This document shows positions 36,555 to 45,591 of a stretch of 62,175 nucleotides of DNA, piece after piece. Source of the DNA: Thermoflexus hugenholtzii JAD2. Its GTDB lineage: Bacteria; Chloroflexota; UBA11872; UBA12225. Positions within the stretch are counted from its first letter, which is position 1, and each line of letters starts with the position of its first letter. The notes under the pieces were generated by a model. It saw only the letters and a program-made list of their open reading frames with translations. It did not search any database and was not told the origin of the DNA. A program made the translations under genes and the position numbers. The stretch spans positions 1 to 62,175 of the forward strand of contig CAMBEO010000006.1 in the NCBI GenBank assembly GCA_945865725.1, read 5' to 3'.

Positions 36555-39206
36555 ATGTCTCGGAAGTGGGTCTGGCTGTTTCGCGATGGCAACGGCACGT
36601 TGCGTGACCTCCTTGGGGGGAAGGGCGCGGGCCTCGCGGAGATGACGAACGCCGGCCTGCCCGTCCCTCCCGGCTTCACCATCACGACCGAGACCTGCAA
36701 TGAGTTCTACCGGAACGGCAAGCAGTTCCCCGACGAGTGCATGGAGCAAATCCAGGCAGCCCTGCGTGACGTCGAGGGCGCGACCGGCAAGGGGTTCGGA
36801 GACCCGGCTAACCCCCTCCTCGTCTCGGTGCGGTCCGGGTCGAAGTTCTCGATGCCGGGGATGATGGACACCATCCTCAACCTCGGCCTGAACGACGTCA
36901 CAGTCGAGGGACTTGCTGCAGCGACGAACAACCCCCGCTTCGCCTACGACTCGTATCGCCGCTTCATCCAGATGTACGGCGCCGTCGTCCTCGAGGTTCC
37001 GAAGGACCGGTTCGAGCACGCCCTCGCGGCCCAGCGGCGGAAGGCGGGGGTCGACAGCGACCCGCAACTCGCGGCGGAGGACCTGCAAGCAGTGATCGCT
37101 GCCTACAAGGCGATCATCCGGACGGAGTCGGGGCGCGACTTCCCGGCCGACCCGCAGGCGCAGCTCGTCGGCGCGATCGAGGCGGTCTTCCGTTCGTGGA
37201 ACAACGACCGCGCGATCGTTTACCGGCGCCGCGAGAAGATTTCCGATGACCTCGGGACCGGCGTGAACGTCCAGGTCATGGTCTTCGGGAACATGGGCGA
37301 CGATTCCGGAACCGGGGTCGCATTCACCCGAAACCCGTCGACCGGCGTGAAGGAGTTGTTCGGGGACTACCTGCGAAACGCGCAGGGCGAGGACGTCGTC
37401 GCCGGCATCCGTACCCCGAAGCACATCACCGAGATGCGGGACGACGCGATGCTCCCCGGCGTGTACGACGAGTTCGTCGCGATCGCGGAGCGCCTCGAGA
37501 AGCATTATCGGGACATGCAAGACCTTGAGTTCACGATCGAGCGTGGCAAGCTCTACATGCTCCAGACCCGGAACGGGAAGCGCACTGGCGGAGCGGCGGT
37601 CAGGATCGCGGTCGACCTCGCCAACGAGGGTGTCATCGATCGGAAGACCGCGGTCCAGCGGGTGCCTCCGGGCGACCTGGTCCAGTTGCTGTACCCGGTC
37701 ATCGACCCGAAGTCTGGCGAGAAGCCGATCGCGACCGGCATCAAGGCCGGTCCCGGCGCCGCGATCGGCAAGGTCTGCTTCACCGCCTTGACCGCGGAGG
37801 AGCAGGGGAAGGCCGGCGAACGCGTCATCCTCGTGCGACGCGAGACGTCTCCCGAGGACCTGCGCGGAATGATCCAGGCGCAGGGCATCCTGACCTCCAC
37901 CGGGGGACCGACCAGCCATGCCGCGGTAGTCGCGCGCGGCATGGGCAAGTCGTGCATCGTCGGCGCGCAGGACGTCGTCATCGCGGATGACGAGTCGCAC
38001 TTCATGTGCCGGGGCGTTCGCGTAAACGTCGGCGAATACATCACGCTCGACGGGACGACCGGAAACGTCTACGTCGGCCAGGTTGCCACGGTCGAGCCGA
38101 CCCTTGGCGACGACTTCGACACGCTGATGACATGGTCGGACGAGTTTCGGACGATGGGCGTTCGAGCCAATGCCGACGTGCCGCGTGACGCACGAAAGGC
38201 GCGTGAGTTCGGAGCCGAGGGGATCGGCCTCTGCCGGACCGAGCACATGTTCTTCGATGACCCGGAGCATCCGGACGAGCGCCGGACGCGCGCGATGCGC
38301 GAGATGATCCTGGCTGACGGCGTCGATGCGCGACGTCGTGCGCTCGACAAGCTCCTTCCGTTCCAGCGGCGCGACTTCGAGGGGATCTTCCGGGCGATGG
38401 ACGGTTTCCCCGTAACCATCCGGACGCTTGACCCGCCGCTCCACGAGTTCCTCCCGAAGGAGGCCGCGCAGATCGAGGAGCTCGCGCAGGTCACTGGCCG
38501 GACGGTGCACGAGGTCGAGCAACGTATCGAGTCTCTGCACGAGCTGAACCCGATGCTCGGCTTCCGGGGCTGCCGCCTTGGCATCCAGTACCCAGAGATC
38601 ACGGAAATGCAGGCCCGTGCGATCTTCCAGGCGGCAGTGACCGTCGCGAAGGAAGGCGTCGCGGTCCATCCGGAGATCATGATCCCTCTCGTCGGCGACG
38701 TGAACGAGCTCAAGGCTCAGGAGCAGATCGTAAGGAGCGTCGCGAGCGAGGTCATCAACGGGTCCGGGGTTGACCTGAAGTTCCTCGTTGGGACGATGAT
38801 CGAACTTCCCCGCGCGGCGTTGCTCGCCGACCAGATCGCCGAGGTCGCTGAGTTCTTCTCGTACGGCACGAATGACCTCACGCAGACGACCTTTGGCCTG
38901 TCTCGTGATGACAGCAGCCGCTTCCTGCCGATGTACGTGGAAAAGCGCATCCTCAAGGAGGATCCGTTCCAGGTCCTGGACCGTGAAGGCGTCGGCCAGT
39001 TGATGGAGATCGGCACCGAGCGCGGGCGCAAGACCCGCCCCGACCTGAAGGTCGGGATCTGCGGGGAGCACGGTGGCGAACCCTCGTCAGTCGAGTTCTG
39101 CTACCAGACCGGCCTGAACTACGTCTCGTGCTCGCCGTTCCGGGTGGTCATCGCCCGGCTCGCCGCGGCCCAGGCCGCCCTTGCCACGGGGGAGCGCGAC
39201 CGCTAG
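36555..39206 (+). CDS. ppdK: Pyruvate, phosphate dikinase
   Basis: 'LGGKGAGLAEM', 'LLVSVRSG..SMPGMMDT', 'GGPTSHAAVVAR', 'GIGLCRTEHMF', 'GTNDLTQ', 'GICGEHGG'. Confidence 0.98.
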   Translation: MSRKWVWLFRDGNGTLRDLLGGKGAGLAEMTNAGLPVPPGFTITTETCNEFYRNGKQFPDECMEQIQAALRDVEGATGKGFGDPANPLLVSVRSGSKFSMPGMMDTILNLGLNDVTVEGLAAATNNPRFAYDSYRRFIQMYGAVVLEVPKDRFEHALAAQRRKAGVDSDPQLAAEDLQAVIAAYKAIIRTESGRDFPADPQAQLVGAIEAVFRSWNNDRAIVYRRREKISDDLGTGVNVQVMVFGNMGDDSGTGVAFTRNPSTGVKELFGDYLRNAQGEDVVAGIRTPKHITEMRDDAMLPGVYDEFVAIAERLEKHYRDMQDLEFTIERGKLYMLQTRNGKRTGGAAVRIAVDLANEGVIDRKTAVQRVPPGDLVQLLYPVIDPKSGEKPIATGIKAGPGAAIGKVCFTALTAEEQGKAGERVILVRRETSPEDLRGMIQAQGILTSTGGPTSHAAVVARGMGKSCIVGAQDVVIADDESHFMCRGVRVNVGEYITLDGTTGNVYVGQVATVEPTLGDDFDTLMTWSDEFRTMGVRANADVPRDARKAREFGAEGIGLCRTEHMFFDDPEHPDERRTRAMREMILADGVDARRRALDKLLPFQRRDFEGIFRAMDGFPVTIRTLDPPLHEFLPKEAAQIEELAQVTGRTVHEVEQRIESLHELNPMLGFRGCRLGIQYPEITEMQARAIFQAAVTVAKEGVAVHPEIMIPLVGDVNELKAQEQIVRSVASEVINGSGVDLKFLVGTMIELPRAALLADQIAEVAEFFSYGTNDLTQTTFGLSRDDSSRFLPMYVEKRILKEDPFQVLDREGVGQLMEIGTERGRKTRPDLKVGICGEHGGEPSSVEFCYQTGLNYVSCSPFRVVIARLAAAQAALATGERDR

Positions 39207-39275
39207 TCGCCACTCCCCACTCCCAAGCCAACGTGCGGTGATTGGGTCCGCCAGGGTCGCGACGACCTCGATCAA

Positions 39276-39320
39276 TCCCCTCTCCCGGACTTGCGGGGGA
39301 GGGGCCAACGGGAGGGGTGA
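39276..39320. repeat. REP-like palindromic element (CCCCTCTCCC...GGG(A/G)GAGGGG...GGGGTGA type)
   Basis: CCCCTCTCCCG (39277-39287) pairs with CGGGGGAGGGG (39294-39304), one G-U; G-rich tail; single copy in the window. Confidence 0.5.
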
Positions 39321-39420
39321 CGGCGGTAGGCCTGCTTGAACGGATCCCGCACGCCGCCTCCGCTCTGGTCCCTCCACCCGCCGCGCGACACGCGCGTCGT
39401 AAGAGCGTCTACCATTGGGA

Positions 39421-41400
39421 ATGGTCGATCCCGTCATTGACGCCGTCAAGGCCCGGGTCGATATCGCCGACCTCGTCGGCGCACGCGTCAACTTGCGTCG
39501 CGCGGGCAAGCTCCTCAAGGGACTTTGTCCCTTCCACCAGGAGAAGTCGCCCTCGTTCGTCGTCTACCCGGACGAGGGTCGCTACCACTGCTTCGGGTGC
39601 GCCAAGTCAGGCGACGCGTTCACCTGGCTGCGAGACACGCAGGGACTGGACTTCGCCGAGGCGCTGAAGGAACTGGCGCGCCGGACGGGCGTGGCATTGC
39701 CCGAGCGTGCGCCACGCGACGCGTCGCAGCCCCCGCCCGAGGCGGAAGCGGCGGCGCAGGCGCTCGCCGAGGCCGCACGCTTCTACGAGCGCCAGCTTGT
39801 TGATGCTCCCGATTCCGGTGAGGCACGCGCATACCTCCGGCGTCGTGGCGTCACGCGCGCAAGTCTCGAGCAGTTCGCGATCGGATGGGCGCCGGGCGGG
39901 CGCGAAGCCCTGAGCGCGCACCTCGTGCGCAAGGGGTTCACCTTTGCCCACCTCGAGCTCGCGGGCCTGGCGATGACGACCGACCAGGGTCGACGGGACC
40001 GATTTCGCGCCCGCGTGACTTTCCCCATCCGCGACCGCGCAGGCGCCGTGATTGGATTCGGGGCCCGCACGCTTGGCGACGGCCAGCCCAAGTACCTGAA
40101 CAGCCCGCAGACGCCGTTCTTCGACAAGGGCTCGACCCTCTATGGCATCGACCTCGCGCGCGGGCCGATCCGCCAGGAACGGCAGGCCGTCATCGTCGAG
40201 GGCTACATGGATGTCGTCGTGCCCCATCAGGAAGGGTTCAAGAACGTCGTCGCGTCCTTAGGCACGGCGCTCACTGAACGGCAGATCGAGCTGCTCAGGC
40301 GGTACACGCGCACGGTCGTGTTGGCGCTCGATGCCGACGCGGCCGGGCAGGCGGCCACGCTGCGGGGCCTCGAAGTCGCCCGTGTCGCCCTCGCGACCTC
40401 GGCGCGGCCGGCGCCCGGCAGCATCGCCCGGGGCGGGTTCTTGGCGACCCAGGCAGGCCAGGTGCGCATCGCCGTCCTTGTCGGGGGCAAGGACCCGGAC
40501 GAGGTCGTCCGCGAGGACCCGGAGCGGTGGCGAGCCCTCATCGCCGGGGCGGTGCCGATGATGGACCACAAGATTGCCCTCGAGACCGCTGGGGTCGCGA
40601 TGGACGACCCGGGAGCGAAGTTGCAGGCGGTCCGGGAACTCGCCCGGTTCCTCGCACTGGTTCCCGACCCGGTCGAGTGGAGCCACTACGTCGACCGCAT
40701 CGCCCAGCGGTTGCGCCTGGACGTGCGGGCGGTGCACGCCGAGGTCGTTCGGGCAGAGGAGGCGGCGCGCCGCGCGCAACGGGCAGCGGCTCGCGAGAGC
40801 CGGGCGACCGGGAACGCAGGCGCGGGGGCCATGGCAGCCATGGGCGACGAGGCCGGTAGCGCGCCAGGAGCGTCCCCGACAGCCGGAGTGGAGCAGATCG
40901 CGGACGCGGGTCGTCCCGACCCTCGCCCATCGCGCACCGACGACCCCCTGGAGCAATTCGTCCTGTCCGAGCTGGTCGCAAGCCCTGATCTCATTGACCT
41001 GGTTCGCCACGTGTTCGCGCCCGAGGACCTTCGCGACCCCCGCACGCGCGCGCTGCTCCATCGGCTCCTCGAAAGCGAGGACCCGTCCGAGGCGCGACTG
41101 GACGAGACGCTTTCCACCTATCGAGATCACCTCCTGGACGTCGCGCGTGCCCGCCCCTCCTTGCCGGTCGATTCCCTTGACGATCCGGAGGCGCGTCGTG
41201 CCGGGGCGTTGGTCGCCGGAGCGCGCCGCCTGCGCGAGCGTCGCCTCCGGGAGAACCTGCGCGACGTGCAGTACCTGCTCCTCGAGGAACCTTCCCCTGA
41301 CGAGCGTGTCGCGCTACAGCGGCAGGTCGAACGCCTCGCGGCGCAACTCGGGCGCGTTCAGCTTGAACAGAGCCGGACGGTCTCTGCAGCATTCCAGTGA
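39421..41400 (+). CDS. dnaG: DNA primase
   Basis: CHC2 Zn finger 'CPFHQEKSPSF...HCFGC', 'KYLNSP', TOPRIM 'VEGYMDV', 'DADAAG', 'KDPDE'. Confidence 0.97.
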   Translation: MVDPVIDAVKARVDIADLVGARVNLRRAGKLLKGLCPFHQEKSPSFVVYPDEGRYHCFGCAKSGDAFTWLRDTQGLDFAEALKELARRTGVALPERAPRDASQPPPEAEAAAQALAEAARFYERQLVDAPDSGEARAYLRRRGVTRASLEQFAIGWAPGGREALSAHLVRKGFTFAHLELAGLAMTTDQGRRDRFRARVTFPIRDRAGAVIGFGARTLGDGQPKYLNSPQTPFFDKGSTLYGIDLARGPIRQERQAVIVEGYMDVVVPHQEGFKNVVASLGTALTERQIELLRRYTRTVVLALDADAAGQAATLRGLEVARVALATSARPAPGSIARGGFLATQAGQVRIAVLVGGKDPDEVVREDPERWRALIAGAVPMMDHKIALETAGVAMDDPGAKLQAVRELARFLALVPDPVEWSHYVDRIAQRLRLDVRAVHAEVVRAEEAARRAQRAAARESRATGNAGAGAMAAMGDEAGSAPGASPTAGVEQIADAGRPDPRPSRTDDPLEQFVLSELVASPDLIDLVRHVFAPEDLRDPRTRALLHRLLESEDPSEARLDETLSTYRDHLLDVARARPSLPVDSLDDPEARRAGALVAGARRLRERRLRENLRDVQYLLLEEPSPDERVALQRQVERLAAQLGRVQLEQSRTVSAAFQ

Positions 41401-41484
41401 TCTTGGCATGCCGTGGGTCCGACGGTCCGTAGCGGCTCCCGCGCCGTTTGGACAGGAACGGAGCTACCGTGGAAGGAGGGCAGG

Positions 41485-42675
41485 ATGACCGAATCCACCC
41501 CGTCCGCGCGCGCAACTGGACCGGGCCGGCCTTTCGGGGCCGCGATGACCGGTCTTGGGCGCTCGATCCCCCGGTTTCCCGGCACCAGCGCCGTTCGGAG
41601 GTCGGCCCCCCTGGCGACCGACGCCGATCGAGATGCTCGATCGCGCACGGCTTCACCGGGAGGCATTGGCGACCCATCTGCCGACCAGGAGCCGTCGGAT
41701 GCGGAGCTCTCGCTCGTTCACGGGGAGGAGCCCTCTCGTGATCGGGCACCCGTCGGCGACGAGTTGCTCGACGACCCGGTCCGCCTCTACCTGCGTGAAA
41801 TCGGAAAGTTTCGCCTGCTCACCTGGCAGGGCGAGCAGTCCATCGGCCGGCGCATGGAGGACGGCTTGCTCGCCGAGGCACGCCTCCCGCTCTGTCCGGC
41901 TGACGACCTCGTCCAGCGGCGGTCCCTCGACCACCTCGTCGCGGATCGTCACGCCGCTCGCCGGGAGTTGACCGAGGCCAACCTGCGCCTTGTCGTCAGC
42001 ATCGCCAAGCGCCAGGTCAACCGGGGCATGGGCCTTCTCGACCTCGTTCAGGAAGGCAACATCGGCCTCATCCGCGCCGTCGAAAAGTTCGACTACCGGC
42101 GAGGCTTCAAGTTTTCGACCTACGCCACATGGTGGATCCGGCAGGCGATCCGCCGCGCCATCGCCGATCAATCTCGCACGATCCGCATCCCGGTCCACAT
42201 GGTCGAGGCTCTGAACCGGGTCACGCGGGGCCAACGGCAACTGTTGCAGGAGCTCGGGCGCGAGGCGACCGCGGATGAGGTCGCGGCCTTCTCTGGCGTA
42301 TCGCTAGAACGCATCCGGGAGCTGCTCCTGATGAGCCAGCAACCGGTCTCGCTCGACTACCGGGTCGGCACGGACGACGACTCGGTCCTCGGCGATTTCA
42401 TCGCCGATACGGCGGCGTCGGCGTCGGTCGACCTCGCCTCCGCACAACTGATGCACGAGCACATCATCCAGGTGCTTGGCAGCTTGAGCGATCGCGAGGC
42501 GGAGGTCGTGCGCCTCCGGTTCGGGATCGACGGCGGGCCGCCGATGACCTTGGAAGACATCGGCGGGCGCTTCAGCATTACCCGGGAGCGGGTGCGCCAA
42601 ATCGAGGCCAAGGCGATGCGCAAGCTCCGACACCCATCACGGCGCATCCAGTTGCAGGACTACCTCGAGGGGTGA
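41485..42675 (+). CDS. rpoD: RpoD/SigA-family RNA polymerase sigma factor
   Basis: '[11 protein letters not shown]', '[11 protein letters not shown]', '[10 protein letters not shown]', '[13 protein letters not shown]', '[18 protein letters not shown]'; after dnaG; AAGGAGG SD. Confidence 0.88.
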   Translation: MTESTPSARATGPGRPFGAAMTGLGRSIPRFPGTSAVRRSAPLATDADRDARSRTASPGGIGDPSADQEPSDAELSLVHGEEPSRDRAPVGDELLDDPVRLYLREIGKFRLLTWQGEQSIGRRMEDGLLAEARLPLCPADDLVQRRSLDHLVADRHAARRELTEANLRLVVSIAKRQVNRGMGLLDLVQEGNIGLIRAVEKFDYRRGFKFSTYATWWIRQAIRRAIADQSRTIRIPVHMVEALNRVTRGQRQLLQELGREATADEVAAFSGVSLERIRELLLMSQQPVSLDYRVGTDDDSVLGDFIADTAASASVDLASAQLMHEHIIQVLGSLSDREAEVVRLRFGIDGGPPMTLEDIGGRFSITRERVRQIEAKAMRKLRHPSRRIQLQDYLEG

Positions 42676-42680
42676 GCCTC

Positions 42681-42689
42681 TGTTACACT
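42681..42689 (+). promoter_or_regulatory. Extended -10 promoter for tRNA-Asn
   Basis: TG-T-TACACT about 30 nt upstream of the tRNA. Confidence 0.55.
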
Positions 42690-42720
42690 GCCCGTACGCT
42701 TGCCGGTTCCCCCGGCGCAG

Positions 42721-42792
42721 TCCCTGATAGCTCAACGGTAGAGCGCCCGGCTGTTAACCGGTAGGTTCGAGGTTCAAATCCTCGTCAGGGAG
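42721..42792 (+). tRNA. tRNA-Asn (GTT)
   Basis: Acceptor TCCCTGA/TCAGGGA, D arm GCTC..GAGC, anticodon arm CCGG-CTGTTAA-CCGG, T loop GTTCAAAT; CCA not encoded. Confidence 0.97.
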
Positions 42793-42807
42793 CCCCCGCG
42801 CGCTCCA

Positions 42808-42830
42808 GGCCCGCCAGATGGCGGGCCCTT
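42808..42830 (+). terminator. Hairpin downstream of tRNA-Asn (probable terminator)
   Basis: GGCCCGCC-AGAT-GGCGGGCC, then a short CTT tail. Confidence 0.55.
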
Positions 42831-43149
42831 CGATTCCACGGAATCCTCGCACTCGGCGCCCGTATGTTCGACATCACGCGTGGTCGACGAGGCGTTCGCC
42901 GTGGCCACGAACGGTTGCCCCGCGAGCGGGACTCGCACGCGATCGTCAACGATACCCGTGCATATAAACAGACCACTTGACGGCACGTACGCAATGCCGT
43001 CACGCGATCAGGATTCGGGCGCGTTGAAAACAATCACATCCCATGCCTTCCGTTCTCGCTGGTGACGGTCACGTCATACCGTGGCATTCGACCGGTCGAG
43101 CGCCCTGCGATCGTGGGGCCGCGGTGTGGATGAAAGTGGGATTGACCGG

Positions 43150-43725
43150 CTATCCGGGTCGGCACGCGTCCGTGGATCGCAACCCCTTCCGCCACGCGGC
43201 GCGGAGCTTCGCCTGTGCGCCTGTGTCCGGTTCGGTGTCGATCAATGATCGGGCGGTACCGTCGATACGTGCGGCTTGGCCGAAGCGTGCCAGCTTGCCG
43301 AGGCACTCCAGGATGTCCGTGCGCACGAGCGAGCCGCTCTTCTCCGGCGCGGAATCAGCGAACCGGCGCTCGAGCGCGTCGATGACCGTGTCGGCGTGGC
43401 TTGTCCCGGGGACGCCGGCCCGCCACAGGCCCTGGAGCACGTGGCGGGCCGTGACGAACCTTTCGTCGCGGATCGTCCGCTCAAGTAATGGCATGAGCTT
43501 GAGGATCCGGTGTTCCGGGTCGCTGATGGCAAGGCGGCAAAGCATTGCCCCGGCAACGGACCGTCGATGATTATCCGCTGACCCGAGGTCCTGCACAAGT
43601 CCGGGCCAGGCGTCGTACGCCCAGTCGACCGGTCCCTCCGTGAGGGAAAACAGCGCCTCAAGCGCTTCGAACGCGCCGTCGCCTGACGCGCGCGCCGCGA
43701 ACAGGGCGGCGATCGAGTCGTCCAT
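43150..43725 (-). CDS. HEAT-repeat-like hypothetical protein
   Basis: Helical repeats 'DNHRRSVA..L..LA.SDP', 'DERFVTARH.LQ.LW'; GGAG SD. Confidence 0.7.
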   Translation of the reverse strand: MDDSIAALFAARASGDGAFEALEALFSLTEGPVDWAYDAWPGLVQDLGSADNHRRSVAGAMLCRLAISDPEHRILKLMPLLERTIRDERFVTARHVLQGLWRAGVPGTSHADTVIDALERRFADSAPEKSGSLVRTDILECLGKLARFGQAARIDGTARSLIDTEPDTGAQAKLRAAWRKGLRSTDACRPG

Positions 43726-43861
43726 GGTCCGTGACTCCAGTCGACAGTGCGGGCGATCCCAGTCGCCTCAAGCGTGATCCCACTTGATCGCGAGTGGATG
43801 GCGGCCCTGCCCAGGCAATGTCGGCGTCCAGGCCGAAACCTGCGGGATCGGTACCCCGACG

Positions 43862-44653
43862 CTAGTACATGACCACGCCATTGTCCACGTTGATCGCCTG
43901 TCCCGTGATCGCCCGGCTCCCGTCGGAGACGAGGAAGCTCACGAGCGGTGGGATGTCGTCGGGCACCTGGGTTCGCCCGAGCGGTGAACGGGACGCGACC
44001 TCGCGGAACAGCTCGCCGGGCGCCTTGCCCAGAAGGGCGCCGCGATCCCGATCGATCATCGACCACATCGGGGTATCGACATTGCCGGGGCAAAAGGCGT
44101 TCACCGTGATCCCGTGAGCCCCGAACTCCCACGCGGCGCTGCGTACGAGCCCAAGCAACGCAGCCTTGCTCGACTGGTAGTGCGCCTGGAATGGCGACCC
44201 CATCTTGGCGGCGATGCTTGCCGTGGCGATGAGCCGCCCGCCCTCGCCTTGCGCGACCAGGTGGCGCGCGGCGGCCTGGAAGCACAGGAAGACGCCGCGC
44301 GTGTTCACGGAGAAGATGCGGTCCCACTCGGCCACTGGCATCTCGAGGATCGGCGAGATGCTCAGGATGCCGGCATTCGCGATCATCGCGTCGAGCCGCC
44401 CGAAGTGCGCGACGGTCTCTTCGACGAGGCCGGCCGGGCCGTCGTCGTGGGTGACGTCAACCGTGGTGGCCCACGCGACGTGCCCAGCCTCGCGAATGCC
44501 GTTCGCGACGTCTCCGACCGGTCCGGCGTGCAAGTCCGCGAGGGCGACACGCGCACCGTCAGCGGCGAGGCGTGACGAGATTGCGCGGCCAATGGCCCCG
44601 GCCGCGCCGGTCACGATCACCACCTTGCCCGCAAGCGGTGCCTGTCGCTCCAT
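43862..44653 (-). CDS. SDR-family oxidoreductase
   Basis: 'VTGAAGAIG', 'ANAG', 'YQSSK', 'VNAFCPG', 'ITGQAINVD'. Confidence 0.93.
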   Translation of the reverse strand: MERQAPLAGKVVIVTGAAGAIGRAISSRLAADGARVALADLHAGPVGDVANGIREAGHVAWATTVDVTHDDGPAGLVEETVAHFGRLDAMIANAGILSISPILEMPVAEWDRIFSVNTRGVFLCFQAAARHLVAQGEGGRLIATASIAAKMGSPFQAHYQSSKAALLGLVRSAAWEFGAHGITVNAFCPGNVDTPMWSMIDRDRGALLGKAPGELFREVASRSPLGRTQVPDDIPPLVSFLVSDGSRAITGQAINVDNGVVMY

Positions 44654-44799
44654 GCCTGTCACTTTCCACTCCCCGTCACCGGGTGGTTGCGCCTCAGGGT
44701 ACTTGCGCGGTCTCAGGCCCCCTGGGACGGAGCGGTACACTCGCCGTCATCTGGAGCCCCCGGGCGGGGCACCGCGAGATCGATGGGAGAAGGCGTCCG

Positions 44800-45555
44800 A
44801 TGGCGACGGGAAGGCTTGCAGGAAAGGTGGCACTCGTCACGGGATCGGCCACCGGCATCGGTGCCGCGACCGCCATCGCGTTCGCCCAGGAGGGTGCCGA
44901 CGTCGTCGTCAACTACTCCAGGTCCCGCGCGGAGGCGGACGAGACGGTCGCCGGCTGCGCCGCGCTCGGCGTGCGGACCCTTCTTGTGCAGGCCGATTGC
45001 GGCGTCGAGGTCGAAGTGCGATCGATGGTCAGCCAGGCCGTTGCCGCCCTTGGCGGCCTGGACATCCTCGTGAACAATGCCGGGCGCACCCGTTTCGTGC
45101 CGTTGGCGGACATCGACGAGGTGACCGACGCGGACTGGGACGGAATCCTGCAGTTGAACGTGAAGGGCGCGTTCTACGCGACGCGCGCCTGCGTGCCGAC
45201 GATGCGTGCACGCGGGGGCGGGCTTGTCGTCAACGTCGCCTCGATCGCCGGTTTCACGGGGGGTGGAAGCTCGATCCCCTACGCGGTCTCCAAGGGCGCC
45301 ATGATCACGATGACCAAGTCGCTGGCCAAGGGCCTGGCACCCGACATTCGCGTGAACGCCGTCGCGCCGGGCATCGTCAAGACGCGATGGGTGGCCGGGC
45401 GCGAGGACCATGTCGAGCGGTACGGGAAGGATGCGCCGATGGGTCGCGCCGCCTCCCCGCAGGACGTGGCCGGCGTGATCGTCGGCTACGCAACCCACGG
45501 GACCTTCCTGACTGGGGACGTCACGATCGTGGATGGCGGGCGAGAGATGCGGTAG
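44800..45555 (+). CDS. SDR-family oxidoreductase (FabG-like)
   Basis: 'VTGSATGIG', 'LVNNAG', 'YAVSK', 'VNAVAPG'. Confidence 0.93.
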   Translation: MATGRLAGKVALVTGSATGIGAATAIAFAQEGADVVVNYSRSRAEADETVAGCAALGVRTLLVQADCGVEVEVRSMVSQAVAALGGLDILVNNAGRTRFVPLADIDEVTDADWDGILQLNVKGAFYATRACVPTMRARGGGLVVNVASIAGFTGGGSSIPYAVSKGAMITMTKSLAKGLAPDIRVNAVAPGIVKTRWVAGREDHVERYGKDAPMGRAASPQDVAGVIVGYATHGTFLTGDVTIVDGGREMR

Positions 45556-45591
45556 GCCGGGTACGCAGGCGCAGGAAGGACGACCAGGGGA

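Noticed and set aside
36528-39071. Long antisense ORFs (847 aa opposite ppdK; also opposite ffh, glyQS, mmsA and the Mo subunit)
   Set aside because: Expected stop-poor shadows of high-GC3 genes, with no recognisable motifs
34946-42792. glyQS-ppdK-dnaG-sigma-tRNA order as novel
   Set aside because: Similar synteny is already known from Firmicutes
43008-43045. Minus-strand 'DVIVFNAP' as a signal peptidase I remnant
   Set aside because: Flanked by stops and no other LepB motif is visible; too short to support
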